From Candidatus Bathyarchaeota archaeon (GTDB lineage: Archaea > Thermoproteota > Bathyarchaeia > Bathyarchaeales > Bathycorpusculaceae): a stretch of 64,000 nucleotides of DNA. The position numbers and the translations under genes were made by a program. Positions 1 through 9,850 of this stretch are shown here, piece after piece (position 1 is the first letter of the stretch; each line of letters opens with the position of its first letter). The notes under the pieces were generated by a model. It searched no databases. It was not told the origin of the DNA and worked only from the letters and a program-made list of their open reading frames with translations. Location: NCBI GenBank assembly GCA_963833575.1, contig CAWHXY010000006.1, forward strand, positions 192,001-256,000, written 5' to 3'.

Positions 1-432
1 ACTAATTATCCCTGAATGAACAAACAAGGTCAATCCAAGTTCATGCTTAATTCTTTTAAATGTTTGAACGAATCCATCAAGAGGCACTGAGCCATCAGGC
101 AAACATCCTCCACTGACAAGGCAGCCTAGAGCCCCACCTTGTTTAAGCTTTAAGCATAAATCGAAAAGTTCTTTTTCTGATAACACAGGGTGCATAGTTT
201 GCAGTACTTTGCCCCCACAATGCTTACAGTTCAGGGTGCAAGATGTTCCAGTTATAGAAATTGTCGGAAAATCCGTTGTTGATGAACAGAAATATTTTGT
301 TTTGTAATAAGTAAAGCTTGGGGCATAGAAATGGATTTTCTTAGGTTTCAGTGCTAACTCCGCTTTCTCTAATAGGTTTAAAACCTCTTTTTGATTTAGT
401 TTCCAAATTTCTTCTGGAGAGAGCTGAAACAT
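1..432 (-). CDS. Radical SAM protein, biotin-synthase-like COG1856 / LipS1-like (5' part only; runs off window edge)
   Basis: Manual translation from ATG at 432: MFQLSPEEIWK...FPTISITGTSCTLNCKHCGGK...GCLVSGGC; CxxxCxxC motif; no stop before position 1; absent from ORF track. Confidence 0.8.
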   Translation of the reverse strand, partial: MFQLSPEEIWKLNQKEVLNLLEKAELALKPKKIHFYAPSFTYYKTKYFCSSTTDFPTISITGTSCTLNCKHCGGKVLQTMHPVLSEKELFDLCLKLKQGGALGCLVSGGCLPDGSVPLDGFVQTFKRIKHELGLTLFVHSGIIS

Positions 433-662
433 TCTTTTCAATGTAAGAATTAACTGTGTGGCTTATGAGTTTAGCGCAAACACAGTTTGCTAGCGGATTT
501 TCCAGCGCGCTTTCGATAGTTGAATCAGCACATTCACATCCAAGCTATATAAGCGCTTCAAGCAAGGTAGCGATTATTTTTCCGACATATTTTTTATTAA
601 GGAAATATAATAATTACAACTCAGAGCTTGAACATTTTTTGACGATACTTTCAGGATAGATT

Positions 663-1619
663 ATGAACCGAAAAGACCTTTTTCAATTATTCAAGACGTC
701 ATTCAAAGATTGGCGAGAAGATAACGTTACATTGCGAGCAGCGGCGTTAACATTCTTCATAATTCTACCCCTGCCATCATTGCTGCTTATAGTGGCTGCA
801 ATTTATGCTATGTTTGTTGGTCAAACTTATGCTGCACAACAGGTGATTCAACAGATTACTTCTTTGGCCGGACCTGCTGTTGCGGGACTATTCAATGAGC
901 TGCTTGCAAGCTCATCGTCACCCTTCACCTCTCTCTGGGGAGCTCTCACTTTGGTAGTTTTTTCAGTAGCGGGGGCAATAGGCACATTTGCCGTCTTACG
1001 TGACATAATGGATGTAATATGGGAAGTTAAATCTCCTCTTAGAAAACCGAATTTTTCAATAAGAGTTAAACAAAGAATTGGGCCGTTTATCGTCGTTTCT
1101 GGGCTTGGATTGATTGTAATAGCTTGGACAGGAATAGCAACCCTTCTGTTTAGTGCGATAAGGTTATATTCAATAAATGGAACGTTAACGTTTGTTGCCG
1201 TCGAGATAGCTCAAGTTCTGCTGTCGTTTTGTTTGGCAACACTACTTTTTGCGCTGATTTACAAAGTAATTCCAGAAGTAAGAGTTCATTGGATAGACGT
1301 AATCTTGCCTGCGGTAGTTACAGGCATTGCCTTTACCGTCGCGAATTATTTCTTAGGCATTTACATTCGAATCTTCACAGTGACCACAATAATTGGTGCT
1401 GCAGGCTCACTGATTATTATTTTATTATGGATTTTTATTTTAAATCAAATTGTTTTATTTGGCGCTGAGATCTCTAAGGTTTACGCTACAACAATTGGTC
1501 CTCATCCAAAACAACATTTGCCCGGTAGAGTGGAAAAGATACTTACAGCTTTAGATGAAGCAGAAGAAAAAATAGAAGAAGCAACAGGAAAAAACGTCGA
1601 CACCCACGGAGAAAACTAA
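663..1619 (+). CDS. YihY/BrkB family inner membrane protein
   Basis: AAALTFFIILPLPSLL N-terminal motif, about 6 TM helices, LLWIFILNQIVLFGAEI C-terminal motif. Confidence 0.85.
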   Translation: MNRKDLFQLFKTSFKDWREDNVTLRAAALTFFIILPLPSLLLIVAAIYAMFVGQTYAAQQVIQQITSLAGPAVAGLFNELLASSSSPFTSLWGALTLVVFSVAGAIGTFAVLRDIMDVIWEVKSPLRKPNFSIRVKQRIGPFIVVSGLGLIVIAWTGIATLLFSAIRLYSINGTLTFVAVEIAQVLLSFCLATLLFALIYKVIPEVRVHWIDVILPAVVTGIAFTVANYFLGIYIRIFTVTTIIGAAGSLIIILLWIFILNQIVLFGAEISKVYATTIGPHPKQHLPGRVEKILTALDEAEEKIEEATGKNVDTHGEN

Positions 1620-1748
1620 ATCAACTCTTAGAATGCTCATAATCCGGTCCTTAGACCTTTTGCTAAATTAATTTATGCATTGCTACCAAGATTTCAGGAT
1701 TTTTACAGGAGCGATTGCCGTTTAGGAAGTATTTTTCCTGACGTATGC

Positions 1749-2171
1749 TTACCATCTGAGAACTAATTTGATTACGCCTAGTGCTATTCCCATAGATACT
1801 ACACCGCTAATTATTGTTCCCACGATCAATGGAGGATAAAATTTTTTGGACTGAATACATAGCAGACGGCCAATAATTGCTACCTGTATTGGTGAGAGCA
1901 AAAACATCCCAAATATTATGCCTATCCAAGCATATTTGTTAATGATTCTTTGACCTCTAGCTGTTCTTTTTTCGAGCCAACTTCTGAAGCCTTTCTTCCA
2001 TTCAAGTAGTCTTTCAACAACTAATATGGAAGCAAAAACCGTTAACATATTTATTGTGAGAGTCGATGCAAAAACCAATATAGGGTTGAATCCGACGGCG
2101 ACTCCATAAAGCATGCCTCCTAGGCATTCAAAGACGATAGATATGAGAATGTAGATAAAGATCTCGTACAT
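1749..2171 (-). CDS. Small membrane protein (putative small multidrug export / DedA-like)
   Basis: 140 aa, 3-4 hydrophobic segments, INKYAWIGII motif. Confidence 0.55.
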   Translation of the reverse strand: MYEIFIYILISIVFECLGGMLYGVAVGFNPILVFASTLTINMLTVFASILVVERLLEWKKGFRSWLEKRTARGQRIINKYAWIGIIFGMFLLSPIQVAIIGRLLCIQSKKFYPPLIVGTIISGVVSMGIALGVIKLVLRW

Positions 2172-2230
2172 TCATCCACCACTTCGTAGAGCAATAATCC
2201 CAATAACGGGAGTACATGGTTATTTTGAGG

Positions 2231-2308
2231 TGGTGGGCCGAGCCGGATTTGAACTGGCGACCTTTCGATTATCAGTCGAACGCTCCAGCCGTGCTGAGCT
2301 ACCGGCCC
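2231..2308 (-). tRNA. tRNA-Ile(GAU), intronless, CCA encoded
   Basis: Reverse complement GGGCCGGTAGCTCAG...TTCGA CTGATAA TCGAA...GTTCAAATC...CGGCCCACCA folds as cloverleaf; anticodon GAT. Confidence 0.95.
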
Positions 2309-2403
2309 ACCTTGTGAAGCACAGAACTTAATATAATGTTAGTTTATAAGAATTGTCATAAATCTTTTAATGCTACACCATTATTGCTTGTTTTGTTAAG
2401 AGT

Positions 2404-2482
2404 GGGCTCGTAGCCTAGCACGGATTAAGGTGTCGGCCTTCGGAGCCGGAGATCGTGGGTTCAAATCCCACCGGGCCCGCCA
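2404..2482 (+). tRNA. tRNA-Arg(UCG), intronless, CCA encoded
   Basis: GGGCTCGTAGCCTAG...TCGGC CTTCGGA GCCGG...GGTTCAAATCC...CGGGCCCGCCA cloverleaf; anticodon TCG. Confidence 0.95.
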
Positions 2483-2649
2483 CATAAATTTTTGCCTCCT
2501 TGCCTCAAAGTCCTAAACCACAAATGCAACTCTAAAATTGCGACTCTTAGCCACCCGACTACGACATTGATCACAGCTTTTGTGACAATTGCAAACGACG
2601 CACACAACGTTAAGTCTCAATTTCTAGAAAAGACACTAAGCGACACTAC

Positions 2650-3357
2650 ATGAAGACTACAAACGTAATCGTTTTCCTCTTTGTAATAGTCTTATTAGTA
2701 ATTTCTGGAAATGCTGCGATGGTTCAAACACAATCTTCACAAACACAAATCCTTACCCATGATTTTGGCGATAACGCCGAAATCAATTCGGCAGACACGA
2801 ACGTTTTTGCCTATGATGTAAGTCAAAGTTTGGAAAATGAACCAAATGGCGGATGGGTAAGCGACAACATTTACCAAGTAAACTGGACTATACGGCTCGA
2901 CTATATTAACCAAGATATCATTAATGGCAGCAGTTACATTCTCTTCTTTTTGCCCTCACCTTTAGATACGAATTCCAACGTCGCGACACAAGCTATTACA
3001 AATCAAACGCAACTGAACCTTACTCAGAAAACTGGAACATTATGCGTAACGTTCAAACCCGAGAATATCACAGGCTACTTCTTTAGTCTCAATCTCCGAT
3101 TTGCAGTCTACATTAACGGCGTAATTGCAACGAATCATTTGAGAACCGATGCTTCTCAAAACGCAGGATTTTCAACCGAGATATCTCAAAACACAGAATT
3201 CTCACCCAATACATTAAGTAATGAAAACTCATTGGAAGTAGCACAAGCCCCAGAGATTCCATCGTTAGCGGTTGTAACAACGCTGTTGATTGCAGTCTTT
3301 GTGATCAGTTTAGTACTGTTGATGGTAAGAAAACGTATTGCAAACCACCCAACCTGA
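2650..3357 (+). CDS. Secreted/surface protein with PEF-CTERM-like C-terminal sorting signal
   Basis: N-terminal signal peptide; many N-x-S/T sequons; C-terminal APEIPS + TM helix + RKR. Confidence 0.65.
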   Translation: MKTTNVIVFLFVIVLLVISGNAAMVQTQSSQTQILTHDFGDNAEINSADTNVFAYDVSQSLENEPNGGWVSDNIYQVNWTIRLDYINQDIINGSSYILFFLPSPLDTNSNVATQAITNQTQLNLTQKTGTLCVTFKPENITGYFFSLNLRFAVYINGVIATNHLRTDASQNAGFSTEISQNTEFSPNTLSNENSLEVAQAPEIPSLAVVTTLLIAVFVISLVLLMVRKRIANHPT

Positions 3358-3370
3358 CAATCTTGTTTGC

Positions 3371-3778
3371 TCATTTATTGAGCAAAGAAATAATGAAACT
3401 TTGTATTTCCTCAAGACGAGATTGAAGGCTATCCAGAGCTGTTTTACCCGAATCTCCCAAAGCGTAAAATCTGGTTTTTTTATCTGGAATTACCTTAATG
3501 TATCCTCTCCGTTCTAGTTTGTAGAGAATAGAATATAGGGTGCCAGGGCTCATTCGAATATCATATTTTTTGAGGAAGAAATCTATTATATCCGGAGCAC
3601 TTAGAGCTTCCTTTCTAGTCAATTCTTCCAGAATCGCAATATCTGAGAATGCCTTAAGGAGCTTCCGTTTTTCTTCCAACACGAATTTATTGTCAAAAAC
3701 TGGATCAACTGTTGAATTTTCCAAAAAACTAGTTGGCTCATCGCTAAGGTGGATTCTATCTACCATTCCCACACACAC
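3371..3778 (-). CDS. PadR family winged-helix transcriptional regulator
   Basis: SPGTLYSILYKLERRGYI...YALGDSGK PadR signature. Confidence 0.85.
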   Translation of the reverse strand: MCVGMVDRIHLSDEPTSFLENSTVDPVFDNKFVLEEKRKLLKAFSDIAILEELTRKEALSAPDIIDFFLKKYDIRMSPGTLYSILYKLERRGYIKVIPDKKTRFYALGDSGKTALDSLQSRLEEIQSFIISLLNK

Positions 3779-3928
3779 TCGAAGCTCAATTGTTATTCTT
3801 CAGATTTAAAACTATCGCTTGCACTATATTCGGCAAAGCTTTAATTCAGAATTCGTTTATAGGAAACATCTTGAGGGTGTGTGCGTGCGTTTACTAACAT
3901 GTAACTTTAGGTTGGGAGGGGTGAGGGA

Positions 3929-5404
3929 ATGAATCAAGACTTTGTTATGAAATTAATCAGGTATCCGCCAGTTGGAAAATTGGCGTTGAACATGATGAAA
4001 AACAACGCCCTCAAACCATTTCTTATTTCATCCAAAGTTATTGCTGAGAAACAAGAAAAAATATTAAGAAAGAAGTTTCGAATTTTAGAACATACAGAAA
4101 TTGGAAGAAAACTCGGCGTAAAAGAGGGAGGAAAGCTAGAAGCACTTCCAGTTACAGATTATGAGTTTTATGCGCCTTTCTTCAACAATCCTTCTTCGAA
4201 CTCTCTAATGTATCCATTGAATGAATACGAACGAACAAGAACCAGCGGCACATCGGGAAAAGAGAAGTGGTTTTTGATACCGAGAAGCTATATCTACAAA
4301 TCAATAATTGAGACTGCTATACAAGTCCAACTTTTCTCTACTCATGATGGTGATAAAATTAGGTTGGATTATGGCGATACGATTTATATTAACACTGCTC
4401 CAAGGCCATTTTTAGGGGGAGTAATGGTTTCAGTGGCTTCTGGCAAAAAAGAAAAACCACCATTATTCAATGTGGTGCCTAATTTTAATATTTCATTTGA
4501 GGATAAAGTAAAATATTTTACTAATAATTGTGACCAAATAGATGTTGCTGTTACTCAAGCGTCCATACTTGTATCTCAAATAATGCCTGCTGCAAAAAAG
4601 GCTGTAAATCTGAAAGGATTATTTTGTCCAGACACTACTATTGCTGAGTCGTACTTTGATGAAATACAAAAATTCACTGGAGTCACGCCTAGAACTGCTT
4701 ATGGCTCGACTGAAACATTACATTGTTCAATCCCATCAGTGCAACATCCGCTGGGTTTCTTTCTAGACTGGAGACGAGGCTTTTTTGAGTTTAAATCTTT
4801 GAAACATGAAGAAGAAAAAGAAATAGTGGGCATTGATCAAGTAAAAGTTGGCGAAGTTTACCGAGTAATATTTACAAATCTTGAAGCGGATTTAACCCGT
4901 TATAACACGTCAAATTCGTTCAAATGTATTGCCACTGGAGATGATATTCTTGGCATTGATTACCCCATTTTCAAGTTCCATTCAAGATTAGATAAAACAA
5001 TTTCTCTGCACAACTTTACAAGGATAAATGAAAATGAACTCACAACAGCTTTGAAGGAAAGCAAAATACAGTGTGTCGAATTTGTAGCCAAGAGTGAAAT
5101 AACCGAAGGATTAGAATACCTGACACTTTATTTGGAGACCACAGATTGTCAAAATAAAGAAGATATTTCAAAAGCAATCCATAAAAGCCTTTATCAAATG
5201 GACGAGGCTTACAAGGATCTAGTCGATTTTTACCATTATTCTCCAATAAAAGTGGTTCTCTTACCTGAAGGTACTTTCGGAAAATACTTGACGCTAAAAG
5301 CTGCAACAGTTTCAAAAGTTGGAAGGATTGAGATGCCTGATGAAGAAATTAATAAGCTGATTCAAATAGCCAAAAGTAAGGACAACACATGGCAATCGAC
5401 CTAA
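3929..5404 (+). CDS. GH3 (auxin-responsive promoter) family acyl-acid amido synthetase-like adenylating enzyme
   Basis: LPVTDYE, motif I TSGTSGKEKWFLIP, motif II AYGSTE, FFEF, VGEVYRVIFTN...LTRY. Confidence 0.8.
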   Translation: MNQDFVMKLIRYPPVGKLALNMMKNNALKPFLISSKVIAEKQEKILRKKFRILEHTEIGRKLGVKEGGKLEALPVTDYEFYAPFFNNPSSNSLMYPLNEYERTRTSGTSGKEKWFLIPRSYIYKSIIETAIQVQLFSTHDGDKIRLDYGDTIYINTAPRPFLGGVMVSVASGKKEKPPLFNVVPNFNISFEDKVKYFTNNCDQIDVAVTQASILVSQIMPAAKKAVNLKGLFCPDTTIAESYFDEIQKFTGVTPRTAYGSTETLHCSIPSVQHPLGFFLDWRRGFFEFKSLKHEEEKEIVGIDQVKVGEVYRVIFTNLEADLTRYNTSNSFKCIATGDDILGIDYPIFKFHSRLDKTISLHNFTRINENELTTALKESKIQCVEFVAKSEITEGLEYLTLYLETTDCQNKEDISKAIHKSLYQMDEAYKDLVDFYHYSPIKVVLLPEGTFGKYLTLKAATVSKVGRIEMPDEEINKLIQIAKSKDNTWQST

Positions 5405-6552
5405 ATCTCTTAGCAGAGACGGCTAATTCGCTGGTCACTATAACCTGCGGTCTATTGCTGATATATCTTATTCAACGTGGAAAACTGCAGCATAATCGAT
5501 TTTATTACAGTTGGTCCGCAGGTTTTATTTTGTATGGAGTTTACATTTTTTTGAGGCCCTTATCCGCAAATGTTTTGATCGATATTCCTATGGTAATTGC
5601 ATTTCTCATTTTCATTCCATTTTCAATGTTCACATTGAATTCTCAGAAAAATGTAACCGCGCTAATTTTTGCTGCTACAATGCTTATCGTTATTTTGTTT
5701 GTGCCTTTTTCATATTTTGGTTATCTTAAGGAGAGTGTGTCTTTTTGGATTATCTCGTCTGTACTTTTTTACTTACCCGTTACTATTGTTATAGCAACGC
5801 ATAGAAAAATTTTTGGAAGTAGTGTAGATAAGTTTTTGATAGGCTGGGTTTCGCTATTTCTTGTAAACATCTTCTTTCCACTAGGAAACTGGATAACGAA
5901 TGCTCTTGCAATTGGGTGTAAACTTTTTTTGTTCATGGGGCTATTGGATTACGATTTTGCCATAGCTACAGAAAAAATCCGAAAAGGACTAGCGCCAAGT
6001 AGCCTGTCCCCAATTTCTGGGAATTGCGCTAAGGATGAAGGTGGCTTCGAACTCGTGCTGCTTAAACCCAGGGCAGAAGCTCCTTTGCCAATTGTGTCAA
6101 AATGGCTAGTTGATCACGTTGAGAAAAACATAAGTGGAAATGTTGAAACGACAGTTCTAATCTTGCAAGATGTTCTTCCCTATAATGTTGTACGGTCAAT
6201 CGTTTGGAGCAAGCCAAATCTTATTCGCGTTCTCTTCTTTTCTGATGGAGTTTCTTCAAGCAATCAAGAATTCAAAACTCTAAAATTTGGCGTAACTGAA
6301 ATAGGTGCAACCATCAATGAGGTAGCAAAATCAGAATCTAAAGCTAACCAATGCGGCGAAATAATCATAGTGGACCTTTCAATTATGATTTATAAGTTTG
6401 GAGTTAACCAAGTTTATGACTTATTATTGAACAAAATGGGAATTTTAAGATCCAATGGAACTAAATTGATAGCTCTTTTTCACCCACAGGCGCATGAAGA
6501 TCGTGTGACAGCTCTTTTCAAAACAATTGCCAATCGCATAACGAACTTGTAA
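5389..6552 (+). CDS. Membrane sensor-like protein: about 7 TM N-terminal domain + C-terminal inactive RecA/KaiC-like (DUF835-type) domain
   Basis: Seven hydrophobic segments in the first ~190 aa; C-terminal IIIVDLS...VYDLL...LIALFHPQAHEDRVTALFKTIANRI resembles DUF835, with no Walker A; overlaps the GH3 stop. Confidence 0.65.
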   Translation: MAIDLNLLAETANSLVTITCGLLLIYLIQRGKLQHNRFYYSWSAGFILYGVYIFLRPLSANVLIDIPMVIAFLIFIPFSMFTLNSQKNVTALIFAATMLIVILFVPFSYFGYLKESVSFWIISSVLFYLPVTIVIATHRKIFGSSVDKFLIGWVSLFLVNIFFPLGNWITNALAIGCKLFLFMGLLDYDFAIATEKIRKGLAPSSLSPISGNCAKDEGGFELVLLKPRAEAPLPIVSKWLVDHVEKNISGNVETTVLILQDVLPYNVVRSIVWSKPNLIRVLFFSDGVSSSNQEFKTLKFGVTEIGATINEVAKSESKANQCGEIIIVDLSIMIYKFGVNQVYDLLLNKMGILRSNGTKLIALFHPQAHEDRVTALFKTIANRITNL

Positions 6553-6686
6553 AAAGAACAAAGCCACAACTTAGATGCTATCTTAAGATAAAGAATTGCA
6601 AAGGTTCTGGAGACATTTTTAGCTGTAGATTAGCTACAAATTTGATAAACTTCTTCAGAAAAACTTACCAACGAAGGACGAGCTTG

Positions 6687-7412
6687 TTAAATTCTGATGG
6701 TTTCTGATGCGAATACTCTTAGTCCATTCTCTGTAATTTCATATTTTCGCGGTTGGTCGTCATGGGCTGTTCCTCTCATTTTTTCTACTCTGATTGTTTT
6801 AGTGACCAGAAAGTTCCGTAGTGTCTGTGCCATGATGATAACGCCGTCAGCTAGGTATTCTTCCACGTAGAAGTCATCTTCTGAGGGTGAGGAAGATTCA
6901 GAGGTTATCACTGAGGTGCACTTTAGTTTTCGTAGCGATTTTATTAATTCGAGGATTTCAAGTCTTTTGTCAGTTGGAAACCGCTGATGAATTATTGCGC
7001 TTGTAATAGGGTCAACAACTAGTCTTGTTGCTCCAAAACTTTCTGCTTCAATTACTATTTGATTAACGATTTGAGAGATCACTGGTTTGGGCGAGTTATA
7101 ATTGCTTTTAATTTCCTCACTGAATTTGAAGACCAATGGGCTGCCATCAATTAATTTGAGCATATTCTTTTTTTCCAGTTTCTCCAAATCTAAGCCTACA
7201 CTCGCTGCAGCCATTCTAATTGAGTCAATAGGTTCTTCAAGCGTTAGGTAGATACCTTTCTCCCCTTTTTTTGCACCTTCAGCAATAAATTGAAGAGAAA
7301 AAATAGTTTTCCCAGTTCCTGGTCCACCGCGAACTAAGATTATCTTGTTTTCGAGAAAACCTCCACCAAGCATCTCGTCTAAACCCGTTACGCCGGTCGA
7401 TATTCGAATCAT
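6687..7412 (-). CDS. KaiC-like RecA-superfamily ATPase (single domain)
   Basis: ISTGVTGLDEMLGGG, Walker A GGPGTGKT, TLEE, RLVVDP, EEYLADGVI, VEKMRGT. Confidence 0.92.
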   Translation of the reverse strand: MIRISTGVTGLDEMLGGGFLENKIILVRGGPGTGKTIFSLQFIAEGAKKGEKGIYLTLEEPIDSIRMAAASVGLDLEKLEKKNMLKLIDGSPLVFKFSEEIKSNYNSPKPVISQIVNQIVIEAESFGATRLVVDPITSAIIHQRFPTDKRLEILELIKSLRKLKCTSVITSESSSPSEDDFYVEEYLADGVIIMAQTLRNFLVTKTIRVEKMRGTAHDDQPRKYEITENGLRVFASETIRI

Positions 7413-7676
7413 CTTTTATCGCTTAAACTACTTAGATGTTTGTTATATATTTATTAATGAAGCAAACTAAGAAGTTTTCATCTCCGCACGAATTCCATCG
7501 CTAAATTGGATATTTTCAAATTTAATAGATAACTACACAAATGTCTTCCATTAAGCATACAAAGACAAATTTCTTAGAAATATTATGAATGATTGTGCCA
7601 TATTTTTGTTGGCAACCTTGCACGGTGACAAAGCTTTTATGCTGTTTGAAACAAAACAATTACAGAGGTTTTTAAA

Positions 7677-8240
7677 ATGTCGTTGGAGTCAGGAAAAAAT
7701 TTGGGCGGTATTGGATCAATATTTTTGGTAATTCCGGTGCCATTTCTAAGCATTGTAGGCATAATACTTGTTCTGATAGGCATGAAAAATTTGTCACAGG
7801 CATATAATGACGAAAGTATCTGGAAGAACACAATTTACGCAGTAGTCTTTGGAATCATAGGAATAGTCGGTGCAGGGTTGGCGCTTTTCTCAGTGTTTTT
7901 CGGATCGATTATTTCTGGCGCAACTTTAGGAGCAGGAGGAGGCTTAGCAGGATTTTTTGTAGGACTTATAGTATTTCTCTTTGTTGCTTTCATATTCTAC
8001 ATACTTGAAGCCATCTATATTCGAAAAGCATTTGATTCCCTCGCAAACAAATCAGGAGTCGGGCTATTCAGAACTGGAGGATTGCTGCTGCTCATCGGTG
8101 CGGTTCTTACAATCGTCTTAGTTGGTTTATTCTTGATCTTCATTGCCTGGATACTGATACTTGTCGCATTCTTCCAAATACCAGTAAATCCAACTTCACC
8201 GCAGACCCAGATGCCTTCGCCACCACCAACAATGACCTAA
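7677..8240 (+). CDS. DUF996 family membrane protein
   Basis: KNLGGIGSI...GIILVLIG...LFRTGGLLLLIGAVLTIVLVG...IAWILILVAFF pattern. Confidence 0.8.
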   Translation: MSLESGKNLGGIGSIFLVIPVPFLSIVGIILVLIGMKNLSQAYNDESIWKNTIYAVVFGIIGIVGAGLALFSVFFGSIISGATLGAGGGLAGFFVGLIVFLFVAFIFYILEAIYIRKAFDSLANKSGVGLFRTGGLLLLIGAVLTIVLVGLFLIFIAWILILVAFFQIPVNPTSPQTQMPSPPPTMT

Positions 8241-8485
8241 ACCCCTTTTTTCCTTTTTAAATAGCGGTAATGGCTATTTGTCATTAGAATTGGATAATGT
8301 TTGTTGAGGCTCTGGAAAAAATTTTTCTTTAAGAGAAAAGAATGCAATGAAATTAGCTATAACTACATTATTTGGTAAACGGATGTCATGCTTTTCAAAT
8401 GTGTCTTTCTCTGGTTAGTGCTTAACAAGAATGATTCAACACTGTTATATTTTGCGAGCTTACTAGAAAGTATAGGCGACAGTTT

Positions 8486-8929
8486 TTGAAAAAAGAATTG
8501 ACAAGTAGTATTGACGTAAATGGCTCGCCCGCCGAAATCTGGTCGGTGCTTACAGATTTTGCAAATTTTCCCATCTGGAATCCTTTTATGCGGTGGATAA
8601 AAGGTGACTTAAGGAAAGGGGCAAAACTTGAAGTGCGGATTCAACCTTCAGGGGCAAGAGGAACAACCTTCAAACCGACAATTCTCACTGTTGATCCGCC
8701 CAAGGAGTTGCGGTGGATCGGGCATCTTTGGACAAGTGGTCTCTTTGACGGAGAACATATCTTAAATATTGAACCCATCGGAAAAAATAAGGTTCGTTTC
8801 TACCAAAAAGAAATCTTTAATGGGCTTTTTGTCAGGGTTCTTGCAAAAAGTCTAGACAAGGATACCCTAAGGGGATTTAACGAAATGAATGAAGCCTTAA
8901 AAGAACAAGTTGAAAAGAGCCATAACTGA
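8486..8929 (+). CDS. SRPBCC/START (polyketide cyclase-like) family protein
   Basis: IWSVLTDFANFPIWNPF...ELRWIG...GLFDGEH...GFNEMNEALK. Confidence 0.85.
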   Translation: MKKELTSSIDVNGSPAEIWSVLTDFANFPIWNPFMRWIKGDLRKGAKLEVRIQPSGARGTTFKPTILTVDPPKELRWIGHLWTSGLFDGEHILNIEPIGKNKVRFYQKEIFNGLFVRVLAKSLDKDTLRGFNEMNEALKEQVEKSHN

Positions 8930-9080
8930 TAACTTTTTGACAGTAGTGAGCTTATGTTTTCATCGAGGAAAAGCAGAATATTTAGCCGGAAACAATGCGC
9001 TCAATTAGGTGACATAGTCAATTATTGTTAGTACAGTCGGCCTTTGAACTGGCTGTCTATTTTTTTTGTTTTCGACACAA

Positions 9081-9488
9081 TCAGCAGAATGTCAAAGTCG
9101 AATGTTCTCTGCGAAGTGATGAACTCGTCGAGATCATATGGGCTGTTTGTGTTGGGATTTTATTGTCGTTTGACATACTTTTAACGATAAAGTTTAGTGA
9201 GTTTTCGGTGAAGTTCAAGACATTTTTACCTTCGTTAGTGAGCGTGTACATTTTTCGTGGTCTTTCTGCATTCATGTTCCAAATGCTCTTTACGTAGCCT
9301 TTTTTCTCAAGTAATCCTAGCAGGGGGTAAACGGTACTGGGTCCGAAGTAGACACCGAAGCCTTTGCGGATTTTTGTGATAATCTGGTATCCGTGCATGG
9401 ATTCTTTGTCGAGATATTGAAGAACAATCAGGTCTAAGAGGCCTTTAGTGAGTTTTGTTTGAGTTTCTTTTTGGTAATTATTGTTCAT
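9081..9488 (-). CDS. PadR family transcriptional regulator
   Basis: KGLLDLIVL...MHGYQII...GPSTVYPLLGLLEKKGYV...RPRKMYTLTNEG. Confidence 0.92.
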   Translation of the reverse strand: MNNNYQKETQTKLTKGLLDLIVLQYLDKESMHGYQIITKIRKGFGVYFGPSTVYPLLGLLEKKGYVKSIWNMNAERPRKMYTLTNEGKNVLNFTENSLNFIVKSMSNDNKIPTQTAHMISTSSSLRREHSTLTFC

Positions 9489-9850
9489 TTTCTATATTTT
9501 TCCCCTGGTTTTGTTGTTGAAATGTGCAATGTTTTCTTCCAAGACACATTTCTTATGTCTTCATAGTACGTAAACTGACACATAAACCCTCGCACATAAC
9601 GCAAGCATATAAAAACTACACAGAACCCACTACTGTCGAACACAAAAACAGGTCAATACGTAAAATTTCTCCAAAAAAACAAAATATTTAGGTTAAGAGA
9701 AGCTGTACAACGAATCAACAGAAAAATGAGTTGGACACCAAGTTTACCAGAACCCTCACTATACAACCTCAGACGAAACCTCATAACTTGTTTCTTTACT
9801 GTATTCCAAAGCACTTAGTTTAGGCTTTATAATGAAGCAAGCTTAGTAAA

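Noticed and set aside
456-659. 67-aa ORF between the radical SAM and yihY genes
   Set aside because: Occupies the divergent promoter region, with no RBS or recognisable features
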